Origin: Octopus sinensis
Taxonomy: Eukaryota
DNA: 64,000 nucleotides
Assembly (NCBI RefSeq): GCF_006345805.1
Contig: NW_021835991.1
Location: forward strand, 248,001 to 312,000
Direction of reading: 5' to 3'
This document shows positions 1 to 13,202 of the stretch, piece after piece. A program made the position numbers and the translations under genes. The first letter of the stretch is position 1. Each line of letters starts with the position of its first letter. The notes beneath the pieces are model-generated. The model did no database searches, was not told the DNA's origin, and worked only from the letters and a program-made list of their open reading frames with translations.

Positions 1-397
1 ACAAAACAAACACAACAACAGGAAAGCGTGCAGAACACGCTATTGATAATAATTCGATATTTTTATTTATTTAAAAAATAAATATTTTTAGAAAATATAT
101 AAGTTATAATTCGATAATTGATTATATAACTTGATTGTTGAAAATCCTATGAATAGAATTGTTTTTATTGTCCAAAAAACTAAAACGTAACGAACAAAGA
201 GAAATCGTTAACGGAAGATAAAAACAAAACACCGAAGTGTCTCTTTCAGTGTATACGCCAAGTATTGTGTTCAAACACAAGTTTTCTTCAGGACCATCGG
301 GATTGTGGCCGCAGAATATATTTGAGAGTCTTCAAACCTTCCTCAAGTTGTCTCCGTAAGCCAATTTCAATACGAAACGTTTTATCTTTTCCAACTA

Positions 398-500
398 CAG
401 TGAATACCCCCAAATTCGCCAATTCTTAGATTAGCCTTTTTTTAAAAAATTTTAGTTTTAATGGAGATTCGCCAATTCTGAAATTCGCCACAATTTTTTA
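398..500 (+). mobile_element. pogo/Tigger-type terminal inverted repeat and subterminal repeats (orphan end)
   Basis: TA|CAGTGAATACCCCCAAATTCGCC start, followed by repeated ATTCGCCA motifs; same layout as the pogo ends at 51458/52432. Confidence 0.5.
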
Positions 501-839
501 AAATTTTTAAATAAAAAAAAAAATTGATAAATAATACATTTTTAAAAAGCATGCTCAAGGTGGGTTTAGTACTACAGTCTAACCCCGGGGTGGGGCACCA
601 AAGTGCCCCAGAAAGCGGGGGTGCACTTCTAAACAGTGAGTCTGATTCAAACTACTGAATTATTTTTTAGCGACTTTAATTACACATTTATTTCTAAGAT
701 TCCTTGTGATGGCATATCTTAAATAGACGTCAATAACAGTTAACAACCACGAAAATTGATCATCGTTATTTACAAACCTTGAAAACTAAAGTTAACTGAA
801 AAGGTTAGATGCTAGCTAGTGTGGGTGGCTGAAAGAGTA

Positions 840-950
840 GTCGAGAGCCTAAGGGTCACTCCAACGACTCCGCGCTGCGTATTGAATAATAGTTTTGCGG
901 AGCACGGCGACCGATATTCGCTGAAAAAGCCAGCTCGTCTCCCCCCGAAC
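840..950 (-). mobile_element. Ultra-short 3' end of CRE-clade non-LTR retrotransposon
   Basis: Minus strand reads ETSWLFQRISVAVLR..SIRSA, matching the ORF C-terminus of the copies at 16910 and 35987. Confidence 0.8.
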
Positions 951-1012
951 GTAAAAAACCTTGAAAATAATACAATTTTATATTTTTAGATTAATCAGAA
1001 AATCTGAAACCT

Positions 1013-1450
1013 CTAATTCGGTACATCCACGAAAATATGACTTACGTCGTTATATTGTTTTAGTCGGACTGCAGAGTGGCATTCATCGCAGTCTCTTACC
1101 ACCAGACGAATAATATTTCTTTTAGCAAAACAAAATGGTTTTCTAAACAATTCTTCTAATGCATTGTGTCCACAATAATTAGCGTCGTAAATCTCTTCTT
1201 CAATTGTTCGCATCTTCTGTTTGTTGGTTGAGGTAATAACAAGCCTGTGAATAGATAAAGAATCTTAGAGATAGAGCTTTTCGTCTATTAAAACAAATTT
1301 TTTAGCCTTCTTTGTTAGTTTATACACCAAGAAGTTGATATATTCAGTTCTTGTCCTTCGATCATGGATTTTATTATGTTGTACTCTTTAGTATTTTTTA
1401 TGATAAAACGATTAATGTGATCGTTTATTGCTTATATTGTCAAAAATTGA
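1013..1450 (-). mobile_element. Ginger/KRBA2-like integrase, Zn-binding (H2C2) region remnant
   Basis: CGHNALEELFRKPF...IRLVVRDCDEC fits the HHCC integrase zinc-binding pattern. Confidence 0.6.
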
Positions 1451-1899
1451 AAATTAATCTCTATTAGTAAAAATCAATGCTATAACTTATCGAAAAATTA
1501 AATTAATATAAATGCGAAATTCATCAATTTAGATTTTTTAATTCAAAAAAGAAAGAAAATTTAATTTTTTAGAATGGTTGACCTGATTTGAGATTCGAAA
1601 TTTTCCGACCTCGTTAACATTATTTTGTGTTATAAAGTTTGTATTATTGACCCTATAGAAAAGGAACGAAATCATAACGTATCTTAAAGATGGTTTATTG
1701 CCAGATTGTTCGACTCCAAGAAGACGTAGTGTATTTTAAAACATATGGGACATTATTACGAACCTTCGTTATCAAAGAAGTAGATGAAAATAAAATGTTT
1801 GTCGATAATCTAAACTGCTTTTTTTTCTTAAAGATACTGTTTATGGATCTTGCAGAAGTGATATTATGTCTTTTCAAATCCTGTTGCTAATGTCAAGCG

Positions 1900-2460
1900 A
1901 AAAACATTATAAACACCGGGCCGGCAATTAAGCCCATAAGAGCCTATAGCGTGAGAGAAGGTATCACTATTTGGTCTTATATTAGATATATTTTTGATAT
2001 AATGGATTTACGTCATTATGAAAATGAGAACGAAAATTACGCATGGGTTTTGGTTGGATTTGATTCATTCTCGAAGTTTAGTTGGACGTCACCGTTATTG
2101 TCCAAATCAGCTATGGAAGTGTCCAAAACAATAAAAAAAATTATTCGCCGAATTTGATTTATCCAACCTGGATAAAAAATGACGTAGAGGACTAAATGGC
2201 TTGGACATGGTATACTACATGGACAACGGCTTTACAGTACTCAGATGTGACAAAACAGAAAATGCTTAAAAAATATGTGGAAAAATGATATCTGTGTATT
2301 CAAAATTGGGGACAAGGTTTTGTCAAGAGTTAGAACCGACACGAATAAAAGAACGCAGAAGCGTGAACACATCTAAATGAATATATGGATATGACGATAT
2401 ATTGTGTCAAATGATTCTCACAATGGAGTCTGAAAATGGCTCTCTTATTCAAGAAGATTG
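1900..2460 (+). mobile_element. Ginger2-like integrase core and C-terminal remnant
   Basis: FDIMDLRHY...YAWVLVGFDSFSKFSWTSPLLSKSAMEV (rve first Asp region), then FKIGDKVLSRVRTD; frameshifted. Confidence 0.7.
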
Positions 2461-2559
2461 CAGAGAATTGGCCAGTTCATAAACCAATTAAAAAATTTGT
2501 CTTTTTGATCTCTCAGTTTTTATTCATTTAAGTTCCCCGTCATTATCTGGAATTTCAAA

Positions 2560-2830
2560 TATCAGAAAAAATGATCGTAGAATGGTTCCGTAAGCCCGAG
2601 ATTCGTTGTTATAAATGCCAATTCTACGGGCATATAGGACGTTTTTGTAAAGCAGAAGTAAAATGCTTGTGGTTACTAATGCCCAAATCCGAAAAAAATC
2701 ACGAAACTTTTCATCAACTGTGGGTCATCAGAACATTGGACTATTTATGGAGGCTGCCCCTCAGTGAAAAATAACAAAAATACAAAAGCCAATCCACCTT
2801 CTGATTCCGGATTGTATACGATCTCTAAAA
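2560..2830 (+). mobile_element. LINE ORF1/gag zinc-knuckle remnant
   Basis: IRCYKCQFYGHIGRFCK (CX2CX4HX4C). Confidence 0.7.
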
Positions 2831-2834
2831 AAGC

Positions 2835-3897
2835 CTAAAACATGACCTCAGTCTGGAAGAAACAGCAAACTATGACTCCAGTTTGGAACGATCGTCTTCC
2901 AACAGAAATCTTTAAAAGCAGCGTTTCTATTAAACCCAAATGGATGAAGATATGAACGCAAAATATAATGAAAACTATACTCAGTCTAAGGTTAGAGTTA
3001 GGGATACACACTTTTCGATTTTGAATACTTCTCTGCAGGGAAGAACAAAAAATGTCATTAATTATTCGGATATTCATGACATAGAAAATTGCTTTAAACA
3101 TGCATTTTCTAATATTTAAAAGAAAAAAACCAAAGAATAAAACAAACAAAAGAGTAACATCTTAGTTGAATTTATGCAAAAATATGAAAATAGTGAGGAA
3201 TATTGATTATATATTTTGAAGTTGAAAAGCATAATCATAGATACATTCAAGATAGCCAAGATAGTGATAAAGAGCTCAAAACATACAATAATTTGATTAA
3301 TATAGAATGCTAACAAGTCTTGAGACTTGAAATGTTCAAAATGCGTCCGATAAACAAGTTGATTGAAGAATGCGATTAAAAAATGAAGAGGAGATAGATT
3401 TAGCATATTCGACTATATTTAAAAAAAACTATATCATTTTAGTTCAATTTTTACTATGCAATAATTAATATTGACATTTGTTACATAAATTTTGAAAAAA
3501 TTGGCCGTTTGTGCACCTTTCGTTCTCTCTCAATCCTGCAAGACAATATAGATAAAGCATTATTATTAAACAAAATTTCAAATATTTATATTGGAAAATT
3601 CGTTTTTTCAATATTTTCTTTTTTTAAAGATTTTACTCGTTCAATACATATGAATTCTCTCTAGCAGCCATCGTCATATCTAGTTTTGTATGTCTGTGAC
3701 TTGAAGTGAAAATATTGAAATTGGGGATAATTTTCAATTGAAAAAGGTTGACTATATATCGGAAATACGGTAGTAATTTCTTTTGGAAATTATGAATGTT
3801 ATTCTGTGAAATTTTGTGTCTTGTTTGAATCACTAATTCTGTTTTAAAACAAATAGACTCAACTGATTTTGATCGTAGGAGAATTTCAATTCTAACA
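2835..3897 (-). CDS. Putative intron-containing gene for a hydrophobic/membrane protein; degraded partial duplicate at about 7850-8085
   Basis: ATG at 3897 (MLELKFSYDQNQ), short GT-AG gap, then consecutive ORFs 3633-3833, 3116-3406 and 2835-3149 with hydrophobic stretches; exon structure not verified. Confidence 0.35.
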
Positions 3898-4414
3898 TAA
3901 GTTTTAAAAATATTAAAATTCTTCCAGCTAATATATATAATTTAAGTGCATTATTAATAATGTTTTTAATTTTAATTTTTTTTATAAAAAGTCAGTAATT
4001 TAAATAAATATTCCACGTATTCACCACGTGGTGTTTGTTCCACTGTGCTTCATTATTTTTTGTTGTTAAATCTAACTTTTAGTCCCTATTTTATATGATT
4101 TTTATTCAATTTTTATCAAGAATATATTAAATAAATGCATTTTAGTAAAAATTAAATACGTTTTTCATTTGTCAAATATTTTCAAACAGAAAATTAGTCA
4201 AATTGATTTTCATTCTCTTATCAATGATTTAATTTTATTTAAAATGCCTTTTTATTTATTATATAACACGGGTTTAGATTGACTATTACCAATTTTCCCC
4301 AATCAATTACAAATTTTATTAAAATTTGGAAAAAAATAAAATTATTGTTTTTTTGTATATCATCGATTTCTTTATCAAATAGAAATAATTTATCACCAAT
4401 AACCGAAAATAATT

Positions 4415-4690
4415 ATTACAATCCAAAGCTACTGATGATCGAGAAGACGTTGCCCCTCAGGATCGCAATGGATATTCTTTGGAACAACCATTGCTTCTCC
4501 CGAGGCTCTCTCCGTCTTTATCTGTTTGAAAACTTGTTATCTAAGTCGTCTACCTTTTGGCATTCTACGGTAAAGGCAGCAAAATTGAACACGTTGTGGA
4601 AGCGGTACGATAAGTGATTAGAAAAAAATTAACAAGATTACATCCGATATCCACGACAGCTGTGATCATCACCATTATGGTGAAAAAACA
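4415..4690 (-). mobile_element. CRE-clade retrotransposon 3' fragment
   Basis: EPREKQWLFQRISIAILRGNVFSIISSFGL*. Confidence 0.8.
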
Positions 4691-4959
4691 GAACTCAAGA
4701 TTGCAGCAAAACAGATGTATTTTATGGTTCTAATGTCGTTGTTACAGCCACATTTGTTGCATAAAATACGCTTTTTTTGTTGAACTTGAATAGTGCACTT
4801 TTTAACGATTTGTCAAGATAATATAAAATTTATATAAAAAAACCATGACTTTTGAAGTATAGTGGAGTAAGTAAAAGGTCTGCGGAAGTTGTCATATGAT
4901 GAACCATATTTTGTAAAAAAGGATATTTATATTGCCCTGAAAATGTATATGCATCCATT

Positions 4960-6110
4960 ATAATAATCATCAATCGGCGAGCTCGATATTATTATTGCTT
5001 CCTTTTCCCTTCATTGTTAGAAGCCAACAATGTTTATCTCGACATCCTTGAAATCGGTAATCTGATTTCGTATTGTCTCAATTTGTTTGGAATAAAATGA
5101 AATTACTCAAATTTCTGTCTGAAGAACTTTGTCGTCAAAAAATAATTGCATTTTGTTGTATCAATTAATATGACCGAGGAAGAAGTAAATTTTGTTTTTC
5201 AAGTGAATGTAATTTTCCTACAAAGTAATAATTATCTTCACTAACGAGAGAAGATTCTTTTTGACTGTAGAATGTGGAATAAGTTTTCAACTATAGAATT
5301 CGTTAGAGGGAAATTTTATTGCTTCGTTCATTCGATATTGAATTGTCAACTATTTACATTTTGTGGGTGAAGAATTGAAACCCTTTCCATTAGGGATACT
5401 GCTCTAATTCGAATTAATCCACGATAATATTACTTTTTGATATAATTATCGGAGGTAACTGGGAATCATCACCTGCCATTTTGCATTTTTGGACAATAAT
5501 AGTCCGATCCAGCATGTAGCTTGCAAAGCCTCAATATAATTACAAATTAATAAGACTTGGCTGCATTCATCAATTAAAACATCAAATTTTTCAGGAAACG
5601 AACTTAGTTTTGAAGCACCAGCTAATGTGGTAAACACAATTCTAGAAACCCGAATTATCTCTTCTATCTCAGTTCTTCTGACGTTATTATTAATGTTATA
5701 TTATCACGACATGCTTCAGAATTAAATATATAAATAAACTCTCGAATCACTACCTCATTTTTCGATTGACTCCAAAAAATGAGCTGACATTGTTATTTGA
5801 CTTGAAATCGAGTTGGCTAGACCTCCCTCTAACATTCGAACTTCGTTTCCAATTCTTACAAACGAGGCCTCAGGAATGTTCAAGAAACTGAATCGGTCAA
5901 GTAAATTATCCACAGCAGTATTCGAAAAACCAGTTACCAATATCTGTAAATTTGAGAAAATATAATAACTTGTTTATTTTTATCAATAAGTTACTGCTGA
6001 ATAATTTCTATTAAGACAGTGGTTTTTCCTGTTCCAGCCAGTCCTCGTATAACTCAAGATTCGGTTTAAAAAGGCATATTTAACGCATCTTTTTTCCCAT
6101 TGTTGAGTTT
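4960..6110 (-). pseudogene. Upf1/IGHMBP2-like (DNA2/NAM7) SF1 helicase pseudogene
   Basis: Walker A GLAGTGKTT, VTGFSNTAVDNLL, LIDECSQ, QLPP, LTIQYRMNEAI, REKEAIIISS; short introns plus stops and frameshifts. Confidence 0.75.
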
Positions 6111-6289
6111 TGGGTAAGCAAATTGATTGAAGAATGCGATTAAAAAGAATGGAGAGGAGATAGATTTAGCATATTCGACTATATTTAAAAACCAGGTAAA
6201 AAATTATTATTTTATTTTTGTATCAAATAAAATTTCAAATATTTATATCGGAAAATTCCATTTTTCCAATATTTTACTTTTTCATAATA

Positions 6290-6720
6290 GGAAGTTCTGA
6301 ACTTTACATTCTGGAACACATCTAACTTTCAAATGATACTGTTAGTAGACGAATAAATGATCTTGCTGAGAATATTTTGTAAATTGTAATTGTCTCAATT
6401 GGTGTCTAAATTCCAAGACATTTTTCTGATATTTTAGATTTTGATAAATACTATTGTTTTCTGAACAACCCATTTTCAATTTCAGTTGAAAATCTTCCGT
6501 CTGAAAATTTTATAAATCAGGAAGAATTTATTGACATGAAAAATTATGGATATGAAAACACGTATTTACTTAAGTTTCGCGAAGCGATTTCTGTGTGAGA
6601 CGGTATTTTAACACTACCTACCATTAAATCAAAATTCCCAAATAGATAAGATGTGTCAAATAAAAAAAATTAAAAATGATTTTAGTTTCAAACAATAATT
6701 TTTTGATTGTCATTTCTTAT
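6290..6720 (+). mobile_element. hAT (ZBED5/GTF2IRD2-like) transposase remnant
   Basis: SNDTVSRRINDLAE and NPFSISVENLP...EEFID segments. Confidence 0.5.
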
Positions 6721-6819
6721 AGCAATCAAAACTAAACCATATCATATAATAAATTTCTACTGAATGTCCAAAATAACCATTTATTTGGATAGAGAAAAAT
6801 AAAAAAATTTATGTTATTT

Positions 6820-7053
6820 TTAAATTCGATTTCCAATATCATCAATTTTCTCCGACAAAAATTCTATGAACTGTACGATCATGTTGATCACATTTAGATC
6901 ATTCGGTGTCAGATTCTCTTCGTTCAAAATATATTCGTCCAACCATTGGTCTAATTCTTCAATTATATACATTATGTAGCAAATTTCATTTATTGCATTT
7001 TCAAGATAGTCATTATTCTCATTATTGTTCGGGGTTGGAATTCTTTTCACCAT
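6820..7053 (-). CDS. 77-aa acidic microprotein, family copy A
   Basis: Intact ATG-to-stop ORF, clearly homologous to 15005-15238 and 40641-40877. Confidence 0.6.
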   Translation of the reverse strand: MVKRIPTPNNNENNDYLENAINEICYIMYIIEELDQWLDEYILNEENLTPNDLNVINMIVQFIEFLSEKIDDIGNRI

Positions 7054-8749
7054 TTCTGTTTATTTAAATTTTTTCCTATTTATAATAAAATTTAATGCGT
7101 GGAAAAGATTTTGTTTCAATCTAGCATTATTATTCATGAAATTACTATTTTGTTAAAAAATCTAGTTTTTACGATTTAAGTAAAAAATCTTTTTTAATTT
7201 CGTCAAATTTTATTAAACGAGATATATTTTAATTGTTCAAAACTTTAATTTTGAATATTTGATATATTTTTCAGTTTTAATATGTCATTGGCTTCATTTA
7301 TATTATGAGTAATTTATATTTAACGTTATTATGACTCATTTTTTGTGCTAGTTTATTAATTTTAATATTATACAATATAGAAGCAATTTTTACAATATTT
7401 TATTAATACAAAGAAGCTAATTAACTAATTAATTGCCTAAAGTCCTGAGCTTTAGACGTGAACATCAATTTTTACCATAAATTAGTATTTATTTGAGACC
7501 ATAATCTATTTAAAAAATTTACAAAATAACATAAAATTGAATTACAGCAGACCACGATTAATTTGTATAAAATACGTGAAGCTAGATGTTGGTTTGGTTA
7601 TCAGTTTGATGTATAGAAATCGAAGACAAAAATGACGCAATTTTGTTATAACATTCGAGAAAGAGTCACCCTTAGAAAGAACATGGGTTATATTTTATTA
7701 ATTAAAACTAAAAAATTGACATATGTATTCCTTACCCTTCTCTTTTATTGATTCCTAACTTGTATTACAACGATTTTTTAATTACATTTGTGGACTTTAA
7801 AATAGGTATTAATAAATTAAAGGACAAGATAATAAGAGAAAATATAGAAAATTCTTTTAAACATTTATTAACAAAGGAGCAACATCTTAGCTAGAATTTA
7901 TACAAAGATATGAAAATAGTGAGGAATATTAATTATGTTTTTTGAGGTTGAACAAAAATAAGGGAGTAATTTCTTTTGAAAATTATGAATATTATGTTTT
8001 GAAATATTATTTTTTATTTGTATAATAGTTCTGATTAAAAAATAGACTACTGATTTTGATTGTAGGAGAATATCAATTCTAACATAAGTTTTAAAAATAT
8101 TAAAATGCTCCCAGCTAATATAAATGATTTAAATCCATTATTAAACATTTTTTAATTCTAATATTTTAGAGAAAAAGTCAAAAAAAAATATTCCACATAT
8201 TCTTACACTGTGTTTTGTTCTTGTGTGTCTGTTTTTTTTGTTGTTAAATCTATCTTTTGGTCCCTATTATATGTTTTTTTGAAAATTTTTTGATAATATA
8301 TTCAATAAATGCATTTTATTAAAAATTAAATACGTTGTTTATTTGTCTAATATTTTCACACAAGAAATTAGTCAAATTGATTTCCATTCTCGTATCAATG
8401 ATTTAATTTTTATTTAAAATGCTTTCTTATTTATCAAATCAGGATTCGCTAAAGATAGTGAGAACCAGAACAACCAGCTTTATTATTTTATTTATATCAC
8501 GGGTTGGATAATTACTTCTTAAAATCTTTTTAAAACCAAATGAAAATAACTTGAAAACTATTTAAAAGTATCCTGATAATAAAATTAAGTCAATTTATTC
8601 TATTTTGTATCAATTTCTTGATTGACCGCAAATCCCACATCAGCAATTTTTCCCAACTAATTACGAATTTTATTACATCTTAATAATAAAATGGTATGGT
8701 GTGTGTCTGTCTGTCTGTCTGTGTGTGCACACCAACTTCAAATTGGCAA

Positions 8750-9360
8750 TACGATGTCCTCGACTTACATGATGAGGTCCTTTAAACCTTCCCCCCAAAA
8801 AAATTAAAAAAACATTTTCTGCATTTTGGTTAAAATGAACAACTACGATGTCCTCGACTTACATGATGAGGTCCTTAAAACCTTCCCCCCAAAAAAAATT
8901 AAAAAAAAAATTTTCTGATTTTGGTTAAAATGAACAACTACGATGTCCTCGACTTACATGATGAGGTCCTTAAAACCTTCCCCCAAAAAAAAATTAAAAA
9001 AATATTTTCTGCATTTTGGTTAAAATGAACAACTACAATGTCCTCGACTTACATGATGAGGTCCTTAAAACCTTCCCCCCAAAAAAAATTAAAAAAAATT
9101 TTTCTGCATTTTGGTCAAAATGAACAACTACGATGTCCTCGACTTACATGATGAGGTCCTTAAAACCTTCCCCCCAAAAAAATTAAAAAAAAAATTTTCA
9201 GCATTTTGGTTAAAATAAACAACAACAATGTCCTCAACTCATATGATGAGGTTCTTTAAAATCTTTCCGCCAAAAAAAATTATTTTTGCATTTTGGTTAA
9301 AATGAACAACGTTAATGTCCTCAACATTCATGATGAGGTCCATTAAAACCTTCGAGGCAA
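8750..9360. repeat. About 86-89 bp minisatellite (about 7 units) inside outer Helitron
   Basis: Unit CTACGATGTCCTCGACTTACATGATGAGGTCCTTAAAACCTTCCCCC...AAAATGAACAA repeated head to tail. Confidence 0.95.
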
Positions 9361-10269
9361 AAATCTCACGTATTAAGAATATCTTTGATGAAAACGACAG
9401 CGAAAATATTAACAATGATGAATCCCAATTATTCGCGATAAAGAAATTCAATTCATCCTATTATTTTCTCTTTAAAATTAAATGCATATATCATTATCGA
9501 CCATGAATCAAAATTAAAGCTATTATCATATTTTACTTTGACAGAATGTGCAATTACAGATTGCACGACCTTGAATAGAGTGTGCAATTAACAGATTTTG
9601 AAAAACACTTTGATAGTTGTTGAAACCACATTAGCACAATCATTAACACAATTTACCACCAATTGACAGCGCAATCAGAAGAATTTGCGTAAAAATATTA
9701 ACTATTTAGTTAAGTTTTTCGTAAAGATAGAATTTATTTTCGGTATGCCTCTTTTCCTAAACTTTTTTATTATTCAAAAATAATTTTTTCAATAGATAAC
9801 CGAAGGAGGGAAGACGACCTTAAGAAAAGAAGTTTTTCGTAAAGATAGAATTTATTTTCTGTATGCCTCTTTTTTCCTAATATTTTTTATTATTCAAAAA
9901 TAATTTTTTAAATAGATAACCGAAGGAGGAAAAACGAAGCTGAAGAAAAAACGGTCAGCTTAAGGTAATTAATTAAATCTTTTTTGTGTGTCGCTTTTTT
10001 GGCTGCTGCTACTCTGTCTGCCGCATCTCCGCCTGCCCCATTTCCGCCAGTGGTTTGTCTAATCAAGGTCATTAAGCTAAATCTCCGGACTATAAAGGCT
10101 CTTAAGCATTATCTTAATTGCCTGTTAAAAAAATTAGACAGGTTGTTGCCGTGGCGGCAGAGATTTTTTTTGTTTATACTATTTTACAAATTTTTAAAGT
10201 TTTTTTTTTGTTTTTTTTATTTTTTTTTGTTATTTTCTAAAAATTCAACCGGATTGAATTTTTAAACTC

Positions 10270-10701
10270 CTTAGATCCCTCTGGAATGCCGAATCATCTT
10301 TTAAAGTTAAAGATAGGCGTTCCAGTGGTTTTATTACGAAATTATGCAACGGAACGAGGTTAGTTATCAAAAATTTGATGGCTAACGTAATAGAGGCGAC
10401 GATATTAACAGGTAAGTATAGAGGTGAGGATGTTTATATTCCACGAATTCCGATAATTTCTGATGAATTACCATTTAGATTTAAAAGGCTGCAATTTCCT
10501 TTGAGGATGAGTTTTGCAATGACAATAAACAAGGCCCAGGGACAGTCATTAAAGGTAGTTGGGTTATTTTTAGAGAGTGAGTGCTTTTCACATGGACAGC
10601 TGTATGTGGGATGCTCGAGGGTAGGCAGAAGAGAAAATTTATTCATATATGCCAAGGAAGGACGGACGACAAACATCGTTTATCAACAGGCGATAGAATA
10701 G
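10270..10701 (+). pseudogene. Helitron PIF1-like helicase C-terminal fragment
   Basis: PSGMPNHLLKLKIG...[22 protein letters not shown]...[13 protein letters not shown] (PIF1 motifs V/VI). Confidence 0.9.
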
Positions 10702-11244
10702 GGTTACATTAAACCAGGTAGTTTTATACATCTACATACAGTGGGTCAAATTAGTCTTGGGACACTTGTTTATTTTTAATAAAATTTTATTTTCTATAAC
10801 ATAACTGTTTTCATTTAATTTTTTCCAAAAGTATAAAAGTGCACCTAGTTTTTTTACATCATAGATCATTAAAAAAATTAAAAAAAGAAGTTTAATTTAT
10901 AGAAAAATTTTTCATTTATATCCAAGAGCTGGAATATCAAAGGCCAATTAGTCTTGGGACAGTTTGGTATTTATTTACTTTTTGATAAAATAATTGGATT
11001 TATCTGCATATCGATCAATGAAATTATACTAATTTCGAATACATTCGTATATTTAAACGATTATTAACATCATTTTCAATTAATATTTTGTACATGCCTA
11101 AGCGAAAGGAACATTCAGAAGACATAAAAAATCTTATACTTCTGGAATATAATGCAGGAAAATCAATCCGAAAAATTTCCGAAAGTGTTCATATTCCAAA
11201 GAGTACAGTATGGAACATTATCAATAAATGGAAATTATTAAAAA

Positions 11245-13202
11245 CTAGCTCGGCAGCTCGCTTCGCTCACCGCGACCTAGCTCCTGCGGAGGGCCTGTTT
11301 CATCAAACAACTATAAGTTTATGTAGATGTATAAAACTACCTGGTTTAATGTAACCCTATTCTATCGCCTGTTGATAAACGATGTTTGTCGTCCGTCCCT
11401 TCCTTGGCATATATGAATAAATTTTCTCTTCTGCCTACCCTCGAGCATCCCACATACAGCTGTCCATGTGAAAAGCACTCACTCTCTAAAAATAACCCAA
11501 CTACCTTTAATGACTGTCCCTGGGCCTTGTTTATTGTCATTGCAAATTTTTTTTTTTTTTTGTGGTTTATTTTTTTTTTATATTTAATTTTTTCATTTTT
11601 CCTTTGTAATTTCCTTTTTTTTTCTTTTTTATTTTTTTTTTTTTACTGGCGGAAATGGGGCAGGGGGAGATGCGGCAGGCGGAAATTCGGCAGGCAAGAA
11701 AACGACACACAAAAAAGCGACACACAAAAAAAAGATTTAATTAATTACCTTATTAAGCTGACCGTTTTTTCTTCTTCAGCTTCGTTTTTCCTCCTTCGGT
11801 TATCTATTTAAAAAATTATTTTTGAATAATAAAAAAGTTTAGGAAAAGAGGCATACCGAAAATAAATCTATCTTTACGAAAAACTCAAGTAAATAGTTAT
11901 ATTTTTACGCAAATTCTTCTGATTGCGCTGTCAATTGGTGGTAAATTGTGTTAATGGTTGTGCTAAGGTGGTTTCAACTATCAAAGTGTTTTTCAAAAAT
12001 CTGTTAATTGCACACTCTATTCAAGGTCGTGCGTCAATTGGTGGTAAATTGTGTTAATGATTGTGCTAATGTGGTTTCAACTATCAAGTGGTTTTTCAAA
12101 ATCTGTTAATTGCACACTCTATTCAAAGTCGTGCAATCTGTGATTGCACATTCTGTCAAAGTCAAATATGATAATAGCTTTAATTTTGATTCATGGTCGA
12201 TATGATATATGCATTTAATTTTAAAGAGAAAAACATAGGATGAATTGAATTTCTTTATCGCGAATAATTGGGAGTTGATCATTGTTAATATTCTCGCTGT
12301 CGTTTTCATCAAGGATATTCTTAATACGTGAGATTTTTGCCTTGAAGGTTTTAATGGACCTCATCATGAATGTCGAGGACATTCGCGTTGTTCATTTTAA
12401 TCAAAATGCAGAAAATAATTTTTTGATTTTTTGGGGGAAAGGTTTTAAGGACTTCATCATGTAAGTCGAGGACATTGTAGTTGTTCATTTTAACCAAAAT
12501 GCAGAAATTTTTTTTTTAATTTTTTTGGGGGGAAGGTTTTAAGGACTTCATCATATAAGTCGAGGACATTGTAGTTGTTCATTTTAACCAAAATGCAGAA
12601 AATTTTTTTTAATTTTTTTTTGGGGGGAAGGTTTTAAGGACCTCATCATGTAAGTCGAGGACATCGTAGTTTTTCATTTTAACCAAAATGCAGAAAATTT
12701 TTTTTAATTTTTTTGGGGGGAAGGTTTTAAGGACTTCATCATGTAAGTCGAGGACATTGTAGTTGTTCATTTTAACCAAAATGCAGAAAATTTTTTTTAA
12801 TTTTTTTTGGGGGGAGGTTTTAAGGACCTCATCATGTAAGTCGAGGACATCGTAGTTGTTCATTTTAACCAAAATGCAGAAAAATTTTTTTTTTAATTTT
12901 TTGGGGGGAAGGTTTTAAGGACTTCATCATGTAAGTCGAGAGACATTGTAGTTGTTCATTTTTAACAAAATGCAGAAATTTTTTTTTAATTTTTTTTGGG
13001 GGGAAGGTTTTAAGGGACCTCATCATGTAAGTCGAGGACATTGTAGTTGTTCATTTTAACCAAATGCAGAAAATTTTTTTTTAATTTTTGGGGGGGGAGG
13101 TTTTAAGGACTTCATCATGTAAGTCGAGGACATTGTAGTTGTTCATTTAACCAAAATGCAGAAGAAAATTTTTTTAATTAAGATACCATTTTATTATTAA
13201 GA
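11245..13202 (-). mobile_element. Non-autonomous Helitron (inner copy, same family, opposite strand)
   Basis: Reverse complement of outer-copy ends (TCTTAATAATAAAATGG at 13202; GAGCTAG at 11245); removing it rejoins the Tc1 frame WKLLK-TTKNKPRSG. Confidence 0.9.
12340..13180. repeat. Same 86-89 bp minisatellite, inverted, about 9-10 units
   Basis: Reverse complement of the 8750-9360 unit. Confidence 0.95.

Noticed and set aside
8750-9360. Regular repeats resembling a CRISPR array (also 12340-13180 and 17735-18115)
   Set aside because: Units are contiguous tandem copies with no unique spacers, there are no cas genes and the context is eukaryotic; they are minisatellites
9984-10265. Hydrophobic ORFs 9984-10265 and 11386-11811 as membrane proteins
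   Set aside because: They are translations of poly-T low-complexity tracts and the antisense of the PIF1 fragment inside the Helitron copies
10270-10701. Autonomous Helitron
   Set aside because: No Rep/HUH domain and only the helicase tail is present
12609-12872. Repetitive 87-aa ORF
   Set aside because: Direct translation of the Helitron minisatellite; unit length varies by homopolymer indels, which is inconsistent with coding constraint
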